Origin: an uncultured virus (IMG/VR IMGVR_UViG_3300008624_000002)
Lineage: Duplodnaviria > Heunggongvirae > Uroviricota > Caudoviricetes
Reading direction: 5' to 3' (one strand)
Length of the DNA stretch: 20,000 nucleotides
Virus record (IMG/VR): IMGVR_UViG_3300008624_000002
The notes beneath the pieces were generated by a model. It made no database searches, was not told the origin of the DNA, and saw only the letters and a list, made by a program, of their open reading frames with translations. The position numbers and the translations under genes are program-made. Shown piece after piece: positions 16,888-20,000 of this stretch (within the stretch, counting starts at the first letter, position 1; each line of letters begins with the position of its first letter).

Positions 16888-17070
16888 TTAGTCACGATAA
16901 AAAGGCCAGCGAATTTTAAATGGAAGTTTCCAATTCACATTGTAGCGAATCTTCTCTGTCCAGAACCAATGTATGGTCATCGCTAAGACGAACCACATAC
17001 CGATACTGAATAACCATTTGAATGTCCAGCCTAATACTGTGTAGGGTAATAAAATAAAATCTTCAATCAT
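16888..17070 (-). CDS. 60-aa Trp-rich membrane protein
   Basis: Hydrophobic stretch followed by a basic tail; AAGGA SD-like sequence upstream. Confidence 0.6.
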   Translation of the reverse strand: MIEDFILLPYTVLGWTFKWLFSIGMWFVLAMTIHWFWTEKIRYNVNWKLPFKIRWPFYRD

Positions 17071-17134
17071 AAGTCTTTGGGTCAGTCCTTAAATAAGAAC
17101 CGATGTATAAAAATAATTCGTGTAATGATAACAT
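17063..17134 (-). CDS. 23-aa micro-ORF
   Basis: MLSLHELFLYIGSYLRTDPKTYD; ATAAATA-N5-ATG; stop overlaps the next gene start. Confidence 0.4.
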   Translation of the reverse strand: MLSLHELFLYIGSYLRTDPKTYD

Positions 17135-17256
17135 AATAATATTTATCTGGCGGGAGGGATTGCACACAACTATCGTGTTATAAAATTGTGGATTTTGTGA
17201 TATTTAATCCCTTTGCCCCTAGCCCGAGTTCTTTTCCAAACCCCTATTATTAGTCC

Positions 17257-17295
17257 AGTATACACTAGGTCGGTCCTTTTCGTCTAGTGGTTTTT
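17257..17295 (-). promoter_or_regulatory. Promoter AAAAACCAC-TAGACG-N18-TATACT
   Basis: -35 at 17281-17286 and -10 at 17257-17262. Confidence 0.65.
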
Positions 17296-17319
17296 GTGAA
17301 TATATGTAATGTGAAAAGA

Positions 17320-17385
17320 TTATTTCGTACTGCATTTAATATAATATAATCCGATGTGATACCAGAATGTACTTAGATAAGACAT
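17320..17385 (-). CDS. 21-aa micro-ORF
   Basis: MSYLSTFWYHIGLYYIKCSTK; TAATG coupling with the upstream gene. Confidence 0.35.
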   Translation of the reverse strand: MSYLSTFWYHIGLYYIKCSTK

Positions 17386-17840
17386 TAATTTTGCCTCTGT
17401 GACTTAAGAACTCCATATCCAGAAGTCGATTCAATTTCTTTAACTCTCTGTTGTGCTTGTCGCTTGAGTCTGTTGCGTTGCCGTGCAGCCTTGTTCGCTG
17501 CTGTCCATTCTGCTTGATGTTTCTCAATGTATTTGTCGCAACCGTCACGCAACGATTCCAAAAATTTAATATAGCGCTTCTTCTGAGGCTTCGTCATGAA
17601 TGAGTACCCTTCAAGATAATCTGGCTCATCGGAACAAACTTCTGCTAACAGACCATCCCAAGAAGGTCGCATCAGAACAACAAGTTTCTTTTTCATCTTC
17701 AATTGTTCCAAATAATTCTCAATCTTGAAATTAGACTTATAGTTATTATCCATAAACAAGTCTAACTGATACTCAACTTCACCTAAGGCCTCATTCACCT
17801 TATTGTGCATTGCCAGTTGTATTTTATTCATAATAAACAT
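17385..17840 (-). CDS. Conserved T4-like phage hypothetical protein (helical, basic C-terminus)
   Basis: D.DYLEGYSFMTK.QKK.Y..FL motif. Confidence 0.7.
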   Translation of the reverse strand: MFIMNKIQLAMHNKVNEALGEVEYQLDLFMDNNYKSNFKIENYLEQLKMKKKLVVLMRPSWDGLLAEVCSDEPDYLEGYSFMTKPQKKRYIKFLESLRDGCDKYIEKHQAEWTAANKAARQRNRLKRQAQQRVKEIESTSGYGVLKSQRQN

Positions 17841-17846
17841 TATATA

Positions 17847-18143
17847 TCATAAAAAAGATTTAAACAGACCAGACAAGAGTATCATACCACCCACTGCATT
17901 GAGTAGAATAAGGGCTCTGTCCTTCCATAAGAGAGACACTCCCAACCATCCGAAGACCCCAATCGTGCTGAACCATAAGTCATATATCTGATACTGAACC
18001 TCTCCTGTCGCTCGCATCGCCATCGCAATGACTATAACCAGTGAAGAGAACCACTTTAAGTACCACGCAATAGACTCCTTAAGCCTATTCTTCTTCTCCT
18101 TATCTGTTTCAAAGACTGTGTAAGGGGGATAATCCTCATCCAT
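17847..18143 (-). CDS. Three-TM membrane protein (DUF6552-like)
   Basis: WYLKW.SS...., DLW.S.IG..GWL.VSLLW.DRALI.LN; GGAG SD before MDEDY. Confidence 0.75.
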   Translation of the reverse strand: MDEDYPPYTVFETDKEKKNRLKESIAWYLKWFSSLVIVIAMAMRATGEVQYQIYDLWFSTIGVFGWLGVSLLWKDRALILLNAVGGMILLSGLFKSFL

Positions 18144-18276
18144 CAATATCTTTCTCCCAAAATAGGGGAATATATTTGTTTGCTCTGCGTTCAGCCACCA
18201 TATTTGCAGTGACATACGCAAATAAACCTGCGAATACAGTAAAAAATACCATAAAAAAAGTTTCTAACCCGCTCAT
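18136..18276 (-). CDS. 46-aa single-TM protein
   Basis: MSGLETFFMVFFTVFAGLFAYVTANMVAERRANKYIPLFWEKDIDG; ATGA coupling. Confidence 0.65.
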   Translation of the reverse strand: MSGLETFFMVFFTVFAGLFAYVTANMVAERRANKYIPLFWEKDIDG

Positions 18277-18356
18277 AGTACGCCTAAAGCGACCAAGCCA
18301 ACAAGAACAAACTCATCAAGTATCATAATACCTACTAATATTTTCGTCATACTCAT
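18273..18356 (-). CDS. 27-aa hydrophobic peptide
   Basis: MSMTKILVGIMILDEFVLVGLVALGVL; GGAG SD 7 nt upstream. Confidence 0.6.
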   Translation of the reverse strand: MSMTKILVGIMILDEFVLVGLVALGVL

Positions 18357-18384
18357 TATATTTCTCCAAAAAAAATTTTTATCT

Positions 18385-18676
18385 CATCTCTATGGACATC
18401 CCGATGCCTTAACATCAGTGGACCAACGCTCAAATTCTCAGCTGGACTGTTTGCTTCGCCCACATAGAGCGCCAGACTATCGCTTAGAGCGAATCCTAGC
18501 GCTTCTAAGACGCTTTGATACTCTTAGAGACCATCTATGTCTTATGCGAGCATCTCAGCAGCGCAGAGTGGCGCCGGCGTTTTCATTCCGGCGCATGGAT
18601 GTTCGGACATCAACCTCTGATACTTTCACATATGCATGATATACTATAAGGCCCTATCAGATGACCCCTTTAACAT
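18385..18676 (-). ncRNA. Putative ~290-nt highly structured ncRNA or long 5' leader
   Basis: Starts just after promoter 18682-18711; GC-rich; no credible minus-strand ORF; at least 8 nested/adjacent stems with G-U pairs favouring the minus strand; followed by A5/U9. Confidence 0.65.
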
Positions 18677-18681
18677 ACTCC

Positions 18682-18715
18682 ATTATACTACAATGGACGC
18701 ACTTTTGTCTAGTGG
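18682..18715 (-). promoter_or_regulatory. Promoter CCAC-TAGACA-N18-TATAAT
   Basis: -35 at 18706-18711; consensus -10 at 18682-18687. Confidence 0.8.
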
Positions 18716-19044
18716 AAAACATTCACTTCGCCTTCAATCACTATGTAATCTATCTCTATGTTGCCTTCGATGAGGTCTCTTCCTGCCTCACCCCTACTCT
18801 CAAGGCTCTCGCACATATACTCCCAACACCTATTGATATAAGGCCCCTTGACGGTGGCCAACTGCATCTCTTTCGCATTGAGTGTTATCTCTATAGGGTA
18901 ACCAGTGGCGATGTGCGTACCTAACAACTGGTTCTGCCTAAAGTGAATGTCTAAACCACTAGTAGGAGAACTGGCTGTTAAACGATTACGCTGTCTTACT
19001 CCTACTGGTGGAAGCTCACTTTTGACTGGTGGCCCACTACTCAT
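18709..19044 (-). CDS. Hypothetical early protein
   Basis: Start reassigned to MSSGPP (ATGA overlap with the upstream peptide). Confidence 0.6.
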   Translation of the reverse strand: MSSGPPVKSELPPVGVRQRNRLTASSPTSGLDIHFRQNQLLGTHIATGYPIEITLNAKEMQLATVKGPYINRCWEYMCESLESRGEAGRDLIEGNIEIDYIVIEGEVNVFH

Positions 19045-19145
19045 GCTACCAACCCCACGAGCATTGGGAGGCCAATACATACTGCAACTATTGGTAGTAG
19101 TACATTGACGACTGGCCCTTGGCTGTTTAAAATTCTATTCATCAT
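19041..19145 (-). CDS. 34-aa single-TM peptide, probably leaderless
   Basis: MMNRILNSQGPVVNVLLPIVAVCIGLPMLVGLVA; ATG 7 nt after the -10 box. Confidence 0.55.
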   Translation of the reverse strand: MMNRILNSQGPVVNVLLPIVAVCIGLPMLVGLVA

Positions 19146-19152
19146 GGTGGCC

Positions 19153-19185
19153 AGCTTAACAAAAAGTGAGACCCATTGTCAACCC
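19153..19185 (-). promoter_or_regulatory. Early promoter TTGACA-N18-TAAGCT
   Basis: -35 at 19177-19182 and -10 at 19153-19158; near-identical to 7510-7534. Confidence 0.75.
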
Positions 19186-19518
19186 CTATGAGACGACTTC
19201 TTCCTCCGCCTGAGATGGACCTGGATGAACCCTAGTCATCATTGGCGCATCCTCTCACCCCTTTCGCCACACCCTGGCCTCTGAAACCCTTATAGGTAGT
19301 GGGTCGCTTCGAAAACCCTTGACAAACTCTCTCAATTTATACATAGTCCTGGATCTCTCAACACACTCACGCTTCATCAAAATATTCAGCGCTCCTCTCT
19401 CAGACATAAATATGATTATTATATCACACTATGTCACACAATTACACACAATATATTAACATGCCACATAGACATACTCACAATATATTCGAAACCCTTA
19501 TGGATAGGGGGTTTTAGA
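19186..19518. other. Non-coding strand-switch region with GAAACCCTT repeats and AC-rich tract
   Basis: GAAACCCTTAT at 19283 and 19491, GAAAACCCTT at 19311; CACACAAT repeats ~19435-19452; flanking genes diverge. Confidence 0.5.
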
Positions 19519-20000
19519 GTGGGTGAGAGACAAACTATACACAACATAGGTGGTATCACCCTACATGAAGCATCCTTTAGTGGTTCTCTATACGGTAAAC
19601 TATACACAATTGATGACTATCTTACAGACGCTGAGATGGAACAATTAGCGCCTAAGGTGTCTATGGACCACATATATGATAAGAGTGATATCTACCCTAA
19701 TGTACGGTTGTGGGAGAATCAGGTATGGGATTGTGCGTTTGATAAGACTAAGGTGTTGTGGGACCATTGGGATAGGATAGCGCAAGTGTCTTCGGATGCA
19801 GATATACCTTACCCTTCTCATACTCGTTATGAGTATAATATAGCGGAACCAGCGTATCTTCGGGAGCGTTTGCAGGCGTCTCCGGCCCATATGAAGTTAT
19901 ATGAACCTCATACGGATTATGGTGGGAAGGCGTTGACGATTATAGTCCCTATAGCACCAGGTGTCTGCGAACCAACTCGTTTTCATGGTCTAAATGGAAC
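19519..20000 (+). CDS. 2OG-Fe(II) oxygenase-like protein, truncated by window end
   Basis: Translated by hand: frame open to the edge from GTG 19519 (AGGGGG upstream); YTIDDYL...YEPHTD..GKALTIIV (HxD motif). Absent from the ORF track because it has no stop. Confidence 0.7.
   Translation, partial: MGERQTIHNIGGITLHEASFSGSLYGKLYTIDDYLTDAEMEQLAPKVSMDHIYDKSDIYPNVRLWENQVWDCAFDKTKVLWDHWDRIAQVSSDADIPYPSHTRYEYNIAEPAYLRERLQASPAHMKLYEPHTDYGGKALTIIVPIAPGVCEPTRFHGLNG

Noticed and set aside
18385..18676. Hammerhead ribozyme, tmRNA, retron ncRNA or plus-strand CDS 18418-18639
   Set aside because: CUGAUAG/CUGAUGU do not match the CUGANGA core; no tRNA-like ends or tag frame; no reverse transcriptase in the window; the ORF lacks an SD and has atypical composition.
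328..18924. Plus-strand ORFs in the track (e.g. 328-573, 1672-1905, 3384-3635, 9066-9296, 11306-11662, 14079-14318, 16650-16919, 18661-18924)
   Set aside because: Antisense shadows of well-supported minus-strand genes; no SD or recognisable motifs.
19645..19890. Minus-strand 81-aa ORF
   Set aside because: Antisense to the plus-strand oxygenase-like frame starting ~19519.

Overview
AT-rich (roughly 35% GC by eye), densely coding fragment of a large T4-like myovirus of the marine cyanophage/pelagiphage type. The host is possibly a proteobacterium (inference from the bS21 C-terminus). Almost all genes are on the minus strand. The T4 core module rnh...gp33-gp59-gp32 is present. It is interspersed with auxiliary genes: ribosomal protein bS21, an IscA/HesB Fe-S carrier, a split carbamoyltransferase, a radical SAM enzyme, an SDR, three 2OG-Fe(II) oxygenases, a SleB hydrolase, PD-(D/E)XK nucleases and many sub-60-aa ORFs missing from the ORF track. 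The most unusual signals are non-coding or translational: (1) a promoter-driven ~300-nt multibranch structured RNA ahead of tiny membrane peptides; (2) a four-stem element between gp32 and bS21, with bS21 followed by a coupled 41-aa ArfA-like basic peptide; (3) a three-way-junction leader with a possible SD switch; (4) repeated promoter-to-ATG spacing implying many leaderless mRNAs. All calls come from motif recognition and manual base-pairing; no database search or folding was run.
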